From a virus: 64,000 nucleotides of DNA. Shown here in pieces: positions 1 to 7,976 of the stretch (position 1 is the first letter of the stretch; each line of letters starts with the position of its first letter). A model generated the notes under the pieces. The model searched no databases, had not been told where the DNA came from, and saw only the letters and a program-made list of their open reading frames with translations. Both the position numbers and the translations under genes were made by a program. Location of the stretch: IMG/VR virus record IMGVR_UViG_3300028920_000001, positions 1 through 64,000 of that record. One strand, 5' to 3'.

Positions 1-1211
1 GATCATCAGGAAATCCAAGAATCACTATTGGTGATGGGGGTCAAACTGCTGCCTGGATTGAAACTTCAACTTCATTGAATTTACAAGTTGGTGATGATGA
101 AGCTGTACTAATTAAAGATCAGAATGGAGAGATTGCACGTTTTGATGGGATTGGTGGTACTGGATCATCAGGAAATAGTCGTTTATTATTTCCAAATAGT
201 GATGGTGGTGCTATTGCTGCCTGGATTGAAGTTAATTCAGAAAGTGGGGCTAATGGGTTAGATCTAAATATTTTTGCAGGTGGAGGTGATGGTGAATCAA
301 ATACTAGTGGAACTCTTAAATTACATGGTGGTTTAGGAAGTAATGGGGCTGATGATGGTGTTGTTGAAATTTATAACGGTTCTACTTTAATTGCTACATT
401 CGATGGTTTAGGAAGTCGACGTTTGTTGTTTAATTATACTTATCAAGATGAAAATGCAATAATTAAAGTAGAGGATTCTACTGCAGCAGCTGCTACTCAC
501 ATTGGCGGGAATTTAACTCTTAGTGCTGGTGCTGGTGGACTTAGAACTGCTAGTCCTAGTAGTGCTGGTGGTGATATCATATGTTTAGGTGGAACTGGTG
601 GAGAATGTTCGGCTACTTCTGGTTTAGGTGGAATTGGTGGTGATGCCATATTACAGGCAGGTGCTGGTGGAGAAGGCTCTGGCTCAGGTGCTAATGGTGG
701 TGATGGTGGTAATATTATTATCAAGAGTGGAAATCGTGGTAGTGGGGATGATGAAGATGGGGATGATGGTACTATTCAACTTTATATTGGTTCAAGTCAA
801 AATGTAGCTAATTTCCGTAATGATGGTTCATTTGAATTAATTGGGAGTTCACCTAATACAGCTCCTGCGGCTAATTCTTGTATTATGTGGAGTAATTCAG
901 GTTTACCTTATGCTAGGATTGAAAGTTCAACTCAAGATTACAAAATCACACTAGAGTTACAAGAGATTCTTGCTGAATGGAATCCTTCTTCAATTTCTGC
1001 TCATACTCGGGCAACAACTACTCAATCAGTGTCTGGGGCAACTACAAGTGATCGGGTTTTAGTAACTCCGGATGGAGGTTTAGAAGACGGTTTGATTGTG
1101 TGGGGATATGTAAGTGCTGCCGATACTGTTACAATAGTGTTACAAAATGTTACTGATGGAGCTATTGATCCATCCGATCGTGATTATTATATTTCAGTGT
1201 TCCAAGCGTAA
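1..1211 (+). CDS. Glycine-rich repetitive virion fibre-like protein, 5' end cut by window edge
   Basis: The frame of track ORF 75..1211 stays open back to nt 3. The upstream residues (SSGNPRITIGDGGQTAAWIE) repeat the internal unit SSGNSRLLFPNSDGGAIAAWIE. GGxGG/AGAGG-rich repeats are followed by a non-repetitive C-terminal ~90 aa. The gene heads a + strand structural block. Confidence 0.55.
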   Translation, partial: SSGNPRITIGDGGQTAAWIETSTSLNLQVGDDEAVLIKDQNGEIARFDGIGGTGSSGNSRLLFPNSDGGAIAAWIEVNSESGANGLDLNIFAGGGDGESNTSGTLKLHGGLGSNGADDGVVEIYNGSTLIATFDGLGSRRLLFNYTYQDENAIIKVEDSTAAAATHIGGNLTLSAGAGGLRTASPSSAGGDIICLGGTGGECSATSGLGGIGGDAILQAGAGGEGSGSGANGGDGGNIIIKSGNRGSGDDEDGDDGTIQLYIGSSQNVANFRNDGSFELIGSSPNTAPAANSCIMWSNSGLPYARIESSTQDYKITLELQEILAEWNPSSISAHTRATTTQSVSGATTSDRVLVTPDGGLEDGLIVWGYVSAADTVTIVLQNVTDGAIDPSDRDYYISVFQA

Positions 1212-1234
1212 TTATATAGATTCCATATTTTCCT

Positions 1235-1291
1235 ATCTTGAGTAATAATCCAGATATCATTAGTATATTGGCGACATTCAACGCTTCGTTC
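1235..1291 (-). pseudogene. Decayed remnant of a third nucleotidyltransferase-like paralog
   Basis: nt 1235-1278 match nt 1947-1990 at 43/44 positions. The - strand reading ERSVECRQYTNDIWIITQD parallels ERTIKQCRQYTNDIWIIAQD of CDS 1374..2105. There is no start codon and an in-frame stop lies upstream. Confidence 0.6.
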
Positions 1292-1373
1292 GGATCCGTT
1301 CTGGGAATTCTTCCATAGAACTTTAAATGATAATGTTCTTACTGTAGGCGTTCGGAATTTTGGTGGTACTTAA

Positions 1374-2105
1374 TTATAATCCGAGTTTTTTTCCGTTCTT
1401 TTTCTCTTCGAGTTTGGTTTTTAGTCCTTGTCCCAGTCCATATTTTTTTCTACCTTGAAGCCATAGAATTAGTCCTTCTGGTTCATCAAAATCTTCAGTC
1501 CAATCATCAATAGTGCATAAATTTCTGAGTTCAGTTGGGTCTGAGGTAATATAACGATGGCAGTCCATGGAAATTAATGCCATTTTAATACAAATCATTT
1601 TTTCTTTTATGTATCCTGCGTGAGCCGCCCATTTTATATATTGACAATGGCTAAGAAATTTAAACTGGTTGTGAATTCCAAATTTCATTCCATAAATTTC
1701 CCAACCTTTTTTACCGGTGAATTCACTATTTTTAAATCGGCCGTAAAAAATTGGATCATGCTTGTTAATTTGAAATATTTTTGTCAAAGCTTCATCAGTA
1801 AAATAAGTATCTCCAAATAATATAGTAGTGTAATGTTTAGTCCATAAATTAGTACTACATAATACTTTATCAATAGCATTTACGTGTTCTTGAATACCAG
1901 CAGTTACATTTACGTTTAGTTTATTTGCTAGTTCTTCAATTTGTTGATCTTGAGCAATAATCCAGATATCATTAGTATATTGGCGACATTGTTTAATGGT
2001 ACGCTCAAGAAGTATTTCTCCTTCAATAAATGTTAATTGCTTAGGTACTCCTGTATAATTTCCCCAACGTTGTCCATCTCCCCCACATGGAATGATGACT
2101 CTCAT
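1374..2105 (-). CDS. Nucleotidyltransferase-like protein, paralog A
   Basis: The N-terminus MRVIIPCGGDGQRWGNYTGVPKQL resembles the Gly-rich NTP-binding loop of sugar/alcohol-phosphate nucleotidyltransferases. It is a tandem paralog of 2102..2788 and shares the DDWTEDFDxP motif. The start overlaps the upstream stop by 4 nt. Confidence 0.6.
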   Translation of the reverse strand: MRVIIPCGGDGQRWGNYTGVPKQLTFIEGEILLERTIKQCRQYTNDIWIIAQDQQIEELANKLNVNVTAGIQEHVNAIDKVLCSTNLWTKHYTTILFGDTYFTDEALTKIFQINKHDPIFYGRFKNSEFTGKKGWEIYGMKFGIHNQFKFLSHCQYIKWAAHAGYIKEKMICIKMALISMDCHRYITSDPTELRNLCTIDDWTEDFDEPEGLILWLQGRKKYGLGQGLKTKLEEKKNGKKLGL

Positions 2106-2788
2106 ATAGATAACTTATATTTTTTTCTTCCTCTTTGCCAATTAATTAAATCTATAGGCTTATCAAAATCTTCAGTCCAATCATCAATAGTATGAAAGTA
2201 TTTAGATGTTTCACATCCTGTATAATCAAAGCTTTGATTATGAATAGAAGATAGAACAGATTTGATATAGTCAATTTTGCGCTTTGGTTGACCATTGATA
2301 ATAGCTTGCCTTACTTTTTCGCAGTGATCATTAAGTAGAGAATGATCGGATGGATTGAATTTCAATGCATAGATTTCGGGACAGTCTTTTCTAGTTAATT
2401 TACTTGTATGAAAGCGTCCATAAAAAGTAATGATTTCTTTTTCCTTACAAATTATGGTTTGTATGGCTTCTTCAGTGAAGTAAGTGTCACCAAATAAAAT
2501 AACTGTTGGTGAAATAATAGTCCATAATTTTCTACTGCACATTATTTTGTCAATATAAACTGGATACGAATACTTAATTCCTTGACTTAATCTGACATAT
2601 GATGGACAGATATTTTTGATTTTTGGATCTTCAGTTATGACCCAGATATCATTTGTTCCGAATTGTTTACATAGTCTTATAGTTCGTTGTAAAATGAATT
2701 CTTCATTAACAGTAACTAGTTGCTTTGGTACTCCTGTATGATTACCCCATCGTTTTCCATTTCCACCGCATGGAATGATGACTCTCAT
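2102..2788 (-). CDS. Nucleotidyltransferase-like protein, paralog B
   Basis: N-terminus MRVIIPCGGNGKRWGNHTGVPKQL. It has the same architecture and C-terminal DDWTEDFDKP motif as 1374..2105. Confidence 0.6.
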   Translation of the reverse strand: MRVIIPCGGNGKRWGNHTGVPKQLVTVNEEFILQRTIRLCKQFGTNDIWVITEDPKIKNICPSYVRLSQGIKYSYPVYIDKIMCSRKLWTIISPTVILFGDTYFTEEAIQTIICKEKEIITFYGRFHTSKLTRKDCPEIYALKFNPSDHSLLNDHCEKVRQAIINGQPKRKIDYIKSVLSSIHNQSFDYTGCETSKYFHTIDDWTEDFDKPIDLINWQRGRKKYKLSI

Positions 2789-2804
2789 ACGGTACGGTAC
2801 TTAT

Positions 2805-3455
2805 ATGTTTGATTGGAAAAATACCGAAGCCATCATCCCGGCAGTGGTGTCTATCGCTGAACGAGCTGATTCTCTGCGCCAATTATTAGTGGACTTATCT
2901 ATTCAATGTCCAGGGATTAGTGCTACAGTAATACCACAATGGAAACAGAGCCCTAGATCAAATCCTAGATTGGCATTTGAATCGATTACCAAAGGCCTTC
3001 AAGGAATGTCTAGTCCTTGGATATTTTATATGGAGGAAGATATTCAATTATCTTCCAAGTTTGGAGAATTGGTACCGGAAGTATTAAATAAAATACCTGA
3101 TGAATGTGGTGCGGTTTCTTTCTTTTCCCCAAATAAAACAGAACAAAAACTGGTACGATTAAATGGATCATCATTAAATGAAGCTGGAGAACCTTTTACT
3201 TACGCGCAATGTGTGGCTATGAAATTAAAAGTAGCTTTAGCTTGGAAAAACATGATTTTACCTTGGTGGGATGCTGCTCCCTCTGGTAAAAAACGAGCTC
3301 CGGATATGGCACTAGGAGATTGCTGTAAGGATTTAGGATTGAAAATTCTTATTTATTTGCCTAATTTAGTTCAACACCGATGTATAGAATCCGGATTTGG
3401 CCATTCTAATCGTCCTAAGTCGTATACATTTATTGATGATTTGAATAATGTTTGA
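2805..3455 (+). CDS. Putative glycosyltransferase-like protein, paralog A
   Basis: Track ORF 2775..3455. The internal ATG at 2805 gives MFDWKNTEAIIPAVVSIAERA, identical to the start of paralog 3448..4083. It carries the acidic motif FYMEEDIQLS and a C-terminal NLVQHR. Family assignment is uncertain. Confidence 0.5.
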   Translation: MFDWKNTEAIIPAVVSIAERADSLRQLLVDLSIQCPGISATVIPQWKQSPRSNPRLAFESITKGLQGMSSPWIFYMEEDIQLSSKFGELVPEVLNKIPDECGAVSFFSPNKTEQKLVRLNGSSLNEAGEPFTYAQCVAMKLKVALAWKNMILPWWDAAPSGKKRAPDMALGDCCKDLGLKILIYLPNLVQHRCIESGFGHSNRPKSYTFIDDLNNV

Positions 3456-4083
3456 TTGGAAAAATACTGAAGCCATTATTCCAGCGGTAGTATCTATTGC
3501 TGAACGAGCCAAATCTTTACAACAATTATTGATAGATTTATCTATTCAATGTCCAGGAATTAGTGCTACGGTAATTCCACAATGGAAAAGCAATCCTAAG
3601 GCTGATCTTAGATTAGCATTTGAATCGATTGCTAAGGGTCTTCACAAAATATCTAGCCCTTGGGTATTTTATATAGAAGAAGATATTCAATTATCTTCGA
3701 GATTTGGGGAATTAGTCCCTGATATTCTAAATAATATGGGTGATGATTGGGGTGCAGTATCTTTATTTTCTTTTAATTCAGATGATGTTCGGATGCTTAG
3801 ATCCGGAATGCATTACTACAGAATAGATTTGATTTATTCACAATGTCTAGTAATGAAATTGGAAGTGGCGAAAGCTTGGGAAAAATCAATTTTACCTTGG
3901 TGGGATAATGCTCCGAAAACTAAAAAAGAGGCTATTGATGCCTCTTTTAGAGAGTGCTGTAAGAATCTTGGATTGAAGGTTTTTGTTTATCTTCCTAATT
4001 TAGTTCAACATCGGCTTCTAGCCTCTGGATTTGGTCTTTCTCATCGTCCGAAATCATATGTATTTATCGATGATCTTGACTAG
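3448..4083 (+). CDS. Putative glycosyltransferase-like protein, paralog B
   Basis: Tandem duplicate of 2805..3455, with high identity at both nt and aa level over the first ~60 codons. Its start overlaps the stop of copy A (ATGTTTGA). Confidence 0.5.
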   Translation: MFDWKNTEAIIPAVVSIAERAKSLQQLLIDLSIQCPGISATVIPQWKSNPKADLRLAFESIAKGLHKISSPWVFYIEEDIQLSSRFGELVPDILNNMGDDWGAVSLFSFNSDDVRMLRSGMHYYRIDLIYSQCLVMKLEVAKAWEKSILPWWDNAPKTKKEAIDASFRECCKNLGLKVFVYLPNLVQHRLLASGFGLSHRPKSYVFIDDLD

Positions 4084-4123
4084 AACTTTCATTTAGTAAG
4101 GTTATATCAAATTGGAGACAAAC

Positions 4124-4489
4124 ATGGCCGAACTACGTAAAATCACCATTCCCGATCTCATCAAAGTTAATGCCTTGGTTGAAGATGAAAAGGGCAATCA
4201 GAAGCGAGAAGTTCAAGATTATACTTTTTACGATTATGTTGGATATTTGATTAATACTCAAGAAGGTTTCAATAAAACTGGACCTGGGATCAGGGCTGGT
4301 GTTCGAATAATGAAAAAATTAAGTGAAGCTAAAGAGTCTGAAGATATGGTAAAATCTATTGTTATAGATGAGCCAGATTGGACTTTATTACAGGAAACTT
4401 CTGAAGAACCTCCACAGGGGTATCCATTTGGACCGACCAGACTTTTATTGTCGTTTTTGGATGCAATTAACGACGCAGAAAAGGTCTGA
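4124..4489 (+). CDS. Hypothetical protein (structural module)
   Basis: Track ORF 4112..4489 begins at a TTG. The ATG at 4124 is preceded by GGAGA at 4114-4118. Its stop overlaps the next start (TGATG). Confidence 0.6.
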   Translation: MAELRKITIPDLIKVNALVEDEKGNQKREVQDYTFYDYVGYLINTQEGFNKTGPGIRAGVRIMKKLSEAKESEDMVKSIVIDEPDWTLLQETSEEPPQGYPFGPTRLLLSFLDAINDAEKV

Positions 4490-4953
4490 TGAGTAACGGT
4501 GGTGGTTCCTGGGGTACTTCCTGGGGATATATCTGGGGTAGTGGAGGTGCTGTCGGTGCTTCCACTCCTTGTGGTTTTGCATTCCCAATTTATCAAATTC
4601 CATTTGGTACTGTATTAGGTCGTGCGGATCTTGATAGATTTACTGGAACCCCGGATACTGGATTTTTAACTCTCGGCACGCAAAGTCCTGGTTTAGTATA
4701 TTTTTCACCGGCTTTACTTGAAGCTCGCCCGAATAATCAAATAGATATTGATAGTTTTGAAATAACTACTCGGGCTTTTGAGATCTATGCCCAACCAAAT
4801 CAAGAAAATAATAGACTGTTTAGATTTGGGCCCAATAGTTTATCTCGCACAAATAATTATTTATATAGATCACAGCCCTCTGAATATACTGCTGTTGGAA
4901 TATTAACTCAGACTTTACCTCCTGGACCAACTGTCGTATACGGAATATTTTAA
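4489..4953 (+). CDS. Hypothetical structural protein with Gly/Trp-rich N-terminus
   Basis: 154-aa ORF translationally coupled to the upstream gene. N-terminus MSNGGGSWGTSWGYIWGSGGAVGAS. Confidence 0.55.
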   Translation: MSNGGGSWGTSWGYIWGSGGAVGASTPCGFAFPIYQIPFGTVLGRADLDRFTGTPDTGFLTLGTQSPGLVYFSPALLEARPNNQIDIDSFEITTRAFEIYAQPNQENNRLFRFGPNSLSRTNNYLYRSQPSEYTAVGILTQTLPPGPTVVYGIF

Positions 4954-4978
4954 CTTTTGATTCAGAGGAATTAGAGAA

Positions 4979-5635
4979 ATGTTTAGAAAACCTGCGAAAA
5001 TAGAACGCTTCAATCCAATGAGATCAGCAGTCGTGGGTTTTGCGATGACTGCTTCAGACACGTTCCCTACTTATAAAGGTGAGATTTTCTGGGAATTAAG
5101 ACATAAAGACGGTCAGATTGAGAAGGGACACTATCAGAATTTAGTTACTTTAGATGCTGGAGTTCTTCTGGCTCGTTTGATGAAGAGTCCTACTACTCCT
5201 AATGTGTCTGAGCCTGCTCATGGAGTTTTTGCATTGGCGGTCGGGACCGGGGATGTAGGTTGGGACCCTCTAAATCCTCCCCCAGCTACTAATACTCAGC
5301 GGTCTCTTTATAATGAGCTAGCTCGAAAACAAATTGCTAGTACAGATTTCATTACATCGACTGGAACCATTAGTGGTGTTCCAACCAATAAAGTAGATTT
5401 CACGACCATATTTTCTGAGTCCGAAGCGGTCGGAGCTTTGACAGAAATGGGATTGCTCTGTGGGGATGTAAATTCAAATATGGCAGTACGGAATCCTATT
5501 TTGCCTGCCAATGGAACTTACGATACTACCGTAGATGTAACTGGTAAGGATATTTTAGTTAATTATATAACGTTCCCAGTAATCAATAAGCCGGCCACGA
5601 GCACCTTACAATGGACATGGCGCTTAACTTTTTAA
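4979..5635 (+). CDS. Tail-collar-fibre-like / baseplate-associated protein
   Basis: The pattern FALAVGTGDVGWDP...TNTQRSLYNELARKQI...EAVGALTEMGLLCGD resembles the N-terminal domain of phage tail-collar fibre proteins (MAVGDG...QTxL..E..R..I...IREIGLFD). This is motif recollection only. Confidence 0.4.
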   Translation: MFRKPAKIERFNPMRSAVVGFAMTASDTFPTYKGEIFWELRHKDGQIEKGHYQNLVTLDAGVLLARLMKSPTTPNVSEPAHGVFALAVGTGDVGWDPLNPPPATNTQRSLYNELARKQIASTDFITSTGTISGVPTNKVDFTTIFSESEAVGALTEMGLLCGDVNSNMAVRNPILPANGTYDTTVDVTGKDILVNYITFPVINKPATSTLQWTWRLTF

Positions 5636-5653
5636 TTAAATGTAATTTTATGA

Positions 5654-7537
5654 ATGCATATTGATGAATTAAAGCAATATTTAAATTTAGAAAAGACTAA
5701 ACAAGAATTTGGTGAACCTAAAAATAATAAATCAATAGTATACGTGATTTGTGAGGATTGCCAATTAGACAGACAAATTACAATCCAGTCACTTAAGAAT
5801 AAACTTAGGTTAGATCGGGGGACTCGTTGTAATGCTTGTGGTACAAGATTTTCTTGGACAAATCCTGAAAGAAAAATTAGACAACAGCGAGTTTGGAAAG
5901 ATCCGGAGTATAGAAAGAAACAATCTAAAATTAGGAAGAAACAATGGGAAAATCCTGAGTATCAGCGCAAACAAGCTACTAAGACTGAGGCACGCAAAAA
6001 TGACTCTTCATATCAAGAAAGGATGTCTCGTCAGTCTAAAAAGCAATGGGAAAGGCCTGAATATCGAGAAAATCAGATAGAAATCCAAAAACAATTATGG
6101 AAAACTGAAGAGTATCGAAAAAATCAAAAAGCATTTAAGACTGAGGAATTTAAAAGAGGTCAATCTGTAAAACAGCAACAAGTATGGCAAGATCCTGAAT
6201 ATCGAGAAAATCAATCTGTAAAACAGCAACAAGTATGGAAAAGACCTGGATATAGGAAGCATCAATCAGCAATTCAAAGTCGAATTTGGAATAATCTAGG
6301 ATATCAGGAGCGGCAGTCAAAATTACAAAAACAGGTATGGCAGAATTTTGAATATCGGAAGCATTTTGAAGAAATTTGGGGAAGTGAAGAATATCGAGAA
6401 AAATTATCTAAATCTTTAACAGAAAAATGGAAAAATCCGGAATTTAGAAAAAGAGCTTCTGAAGCTGCAAAAGAAAGGTGGAAAGATCCGGAATTAAGAG
6501 AAAAACTTTCTATTGCAATTAAAAAGATGTGGGAAAGGTCTGAATATCGGGAAAAACAATCACGGGCTCAAAAAAGAAAATGGGAAGATCCTGAGTATCT
6601 AGAAAAAATGGTACAAGCCAGGTCTTCCCAACTCGGAAGAAGATCTTCTATTGAAAAAATTACTGAACAAATTCTTGGTTTAATTGGAGTTAATTATGAA
6701 ATAGAAGTTCCGATCGGTAAATATAGATTCGATTTTTACGTACCCGAACATGATTTATTCATAGAATGTCAGGGAGAATATTGGCATTCTATAGAAGGAA
6801 GACCTGCTCGAGATGCGGCCAAGTTCACTTATTTTGAAAAGGCTCAACCTGATTCTCAGATTTTATATCTTCATGAACGTGAGTTCTTAAATCCTGATTT
6901 AATAAGACGAAAATTGTTACTCTCCATGTTTGGGGACGGATTCAACTTTATTCAAAAAGAATTCAAATTTTCCGATCTGGCTATCCGTAAATTTGAACGG
7001 AAATCTAAAGAACCTCGTTTGTTCTTAAATTCATTTCATTATGCCCAATTCGGCAGGTCAGCTAAAGTAATTTACGGGGCTTATTTGGAGGATGAATTAG
7101 TTGCAGTCTGTAAATTTACTACTCCGGTTAGGAAAGAAGTTGCAACCTCGATGGACTATGCCTATTCAGAAGTCCTGGAATTAGATAGATTCTGTATTCA
7201 TCCGGAATATCAAAAGAAGAATCTTGCTTCTTGGTTTATCTCTCGATGTTCCAAATTAATATTTCAAGAATATCAAATTAAATGTCTGGTGTCATTTGCT
7301 GATTCAACTTATGGACATTTCGGGACGATTTATAAGGCTGCTAATTGGGAAGAGATAGGAAAGATTCGACCTGATTATCATTATGTTAATGATGATGGGT
7401 TCATCCTACATAAGAAAACCTTATATAATCATGCAGTGAAAATGGGTAAGAAAGAGAAAGAATACGCCGAAGAATTTGGATATCGAAAGGTGTTTGGTAA
7501 AGAAAAGATTAAATTTGTGAAAAAGATTCAATTGTAA
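5654..7537 (+). CDS. Large homing-endonuclease-like ORF: Zn ribbon + 14 W-x-[DN]-P-E-Y-R repeats + Vsr/DUF559-like nuclease core + GNAT-like C-terminal domain
   Basis: The N-terminus has a CEDC...CNAC ribbon followed by 14 Trp-initiated units of modal length 17 aa. Then comes YRFDFYVPEHDLFIECQGEYWHS and the C-terminal block LVSFADSTYGHFGTIYKAANW. It is a paralog of 55444..57231 over the last ~300 aa. Confidence 0.6.
   Translation: MHIDELKQYLNLEKTKQEFGEPKNNKSIVYVICEDCQLDRQITIQSLKNKLRLDRGTRCNACGTRFSWTNPERKIRQQRVWKDPEYRKKQSKIRKKQWENPEYQRKQATKTEARKNDSSYQERMSRQSKKQWERPEYRENQIEIQKQLWKTEEYRKNQKAFKTEEFKRGQSVKQQQVWQDPEYRENQSVKQQQVWKRPGYRKHQSAIQSRIWNNLGYQERQSKLQKQVWQNFEYRKHFEEIWGSEEYREKLSKSLTEKWKNPEFRKRASEAAKERWKDPELREKLSIAIKKMWERSEYREKQSRAQKRKWEDPEYLEKMVQARSSQLGRRSSIEKITEQILGLIGVNYEIEVPIGKYRFDFYVPEHDLFIECQGEYWHSIEGRPARDAAKFTYFEKAQPDSQILYLHEREFLNPDLIRRKLLLSMFGDGFNFIQKEFKFSDLAIRKFERKSKEPRLFLNSFHYAQFGRSAKVIYGAYLEDELVAVCKFTTPVRKEVATSMDYAYSEVLELDRFCIHPEYQKKNLASWFISRCSKLIFQEYQIKCLVSFADSTYGHFGTIYKAANWEEIGKIRPDYHYVNDDGFILHKKTLYNHAVKMGKKEKEYAEEFGYRKVFGKEKIKFVKKIQL
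6161..6238 (+). repeat. In-frame tandem duplication inside the W-x-DPEYR array (period 51 nt)
   Basis: caatctgtaaaacagcaacaagtatgg occurs identically at 6161-6187 and 6212-6238. Confidence 0.9.
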
Positions 7538-7764
7538 TGAATGTATTTTTCTTCATGATAACGGCTGAAGAATACCTTAAGCATTATTGTAAAGAAAATA
7601 ATATTAATTGGAATAAGCTTACTCGAGCTGAACAATTTATGTTAACTAGAAAAATTCCTTGTACTATTCGTTGTTTTAGAGTGGGTGGACCTGTCGATCT
7701 AGATGAAGATGGGACTTGTCCTGAATGTGGTGCAATTTGGTTAGCTGATGTTATGGAATCATGA
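7537..7764 (+). CDS. Small Cys-containing protein ending in VMES
   Basis: 75 aa, with a CPEC motif and C-terminus LADVMES. ATGA-type overlaps on both sides. Confidence 0.65.
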   Translation: MNVFFFMITAEEYLKHYCKENNINWNKLTRAEQFMLTRKIPCTIRCFRVGGPVDLDEDGTCPECGAIWLADVMES

Positions 7765-7976
7765 TTGTTGACATCCACAGGTGTCATCGGATTCCATGTA
7801 AAAATAAAGTAACTTATTATGTTAAAGTCACCTGGCCTTATCGATTTATGGATAATCAACGTATCATTGGAGTATGTAGCCAGCATAGATACACTGGAAT
7901 ATTTGGTGCATCTAAACATGATATTGAAGAAATTGGTAAGGAAGAAGCTTTTGTTTATGAAATCATGGAATCTTAA
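7761..7976 (+). CDS. Small Cys/His-rich protein ending in IMES
   Basis: 71 aa, C-terminus EAFVYEIMES. The stop is followed directly by the next ATG. Confidence 0.65.
   Translation: MIVDIHRCHRIPCKNKVTYYVKVTWPYRFMDNQRIIGVCSQHRYTGIFGASKHDIEEIGKEEAFVYEIMES

Noticed and set aside
497-724. Antisense or alternate-frame ORFs inside Gly-rich coding regions: 497..724, and the cluster 28432..28692, 28536..28988, 28548..28775, 28744..29010, 29003..29398 and 29178..29366.
   Set aside because: Their Pro/Gly/His-rich low-complexity translations mirror the GGN-rich sense strand. They fully overlap much longer, better supported ORFs.
7750-7765. ATGGAATCNTRA read as a nucleotide-level signal (RBS or coupling motif for the next gene) rather than a peptide tail.
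   Set aside because: Ser is encoded by TCA, TCT and AGC, and Glu by GAA and GAG. The motif is also present where no downstream gene follows (8340-8351, and 35231-35245 on the - strand). A DNA/RNA role cannot be fully excluded without statistics.
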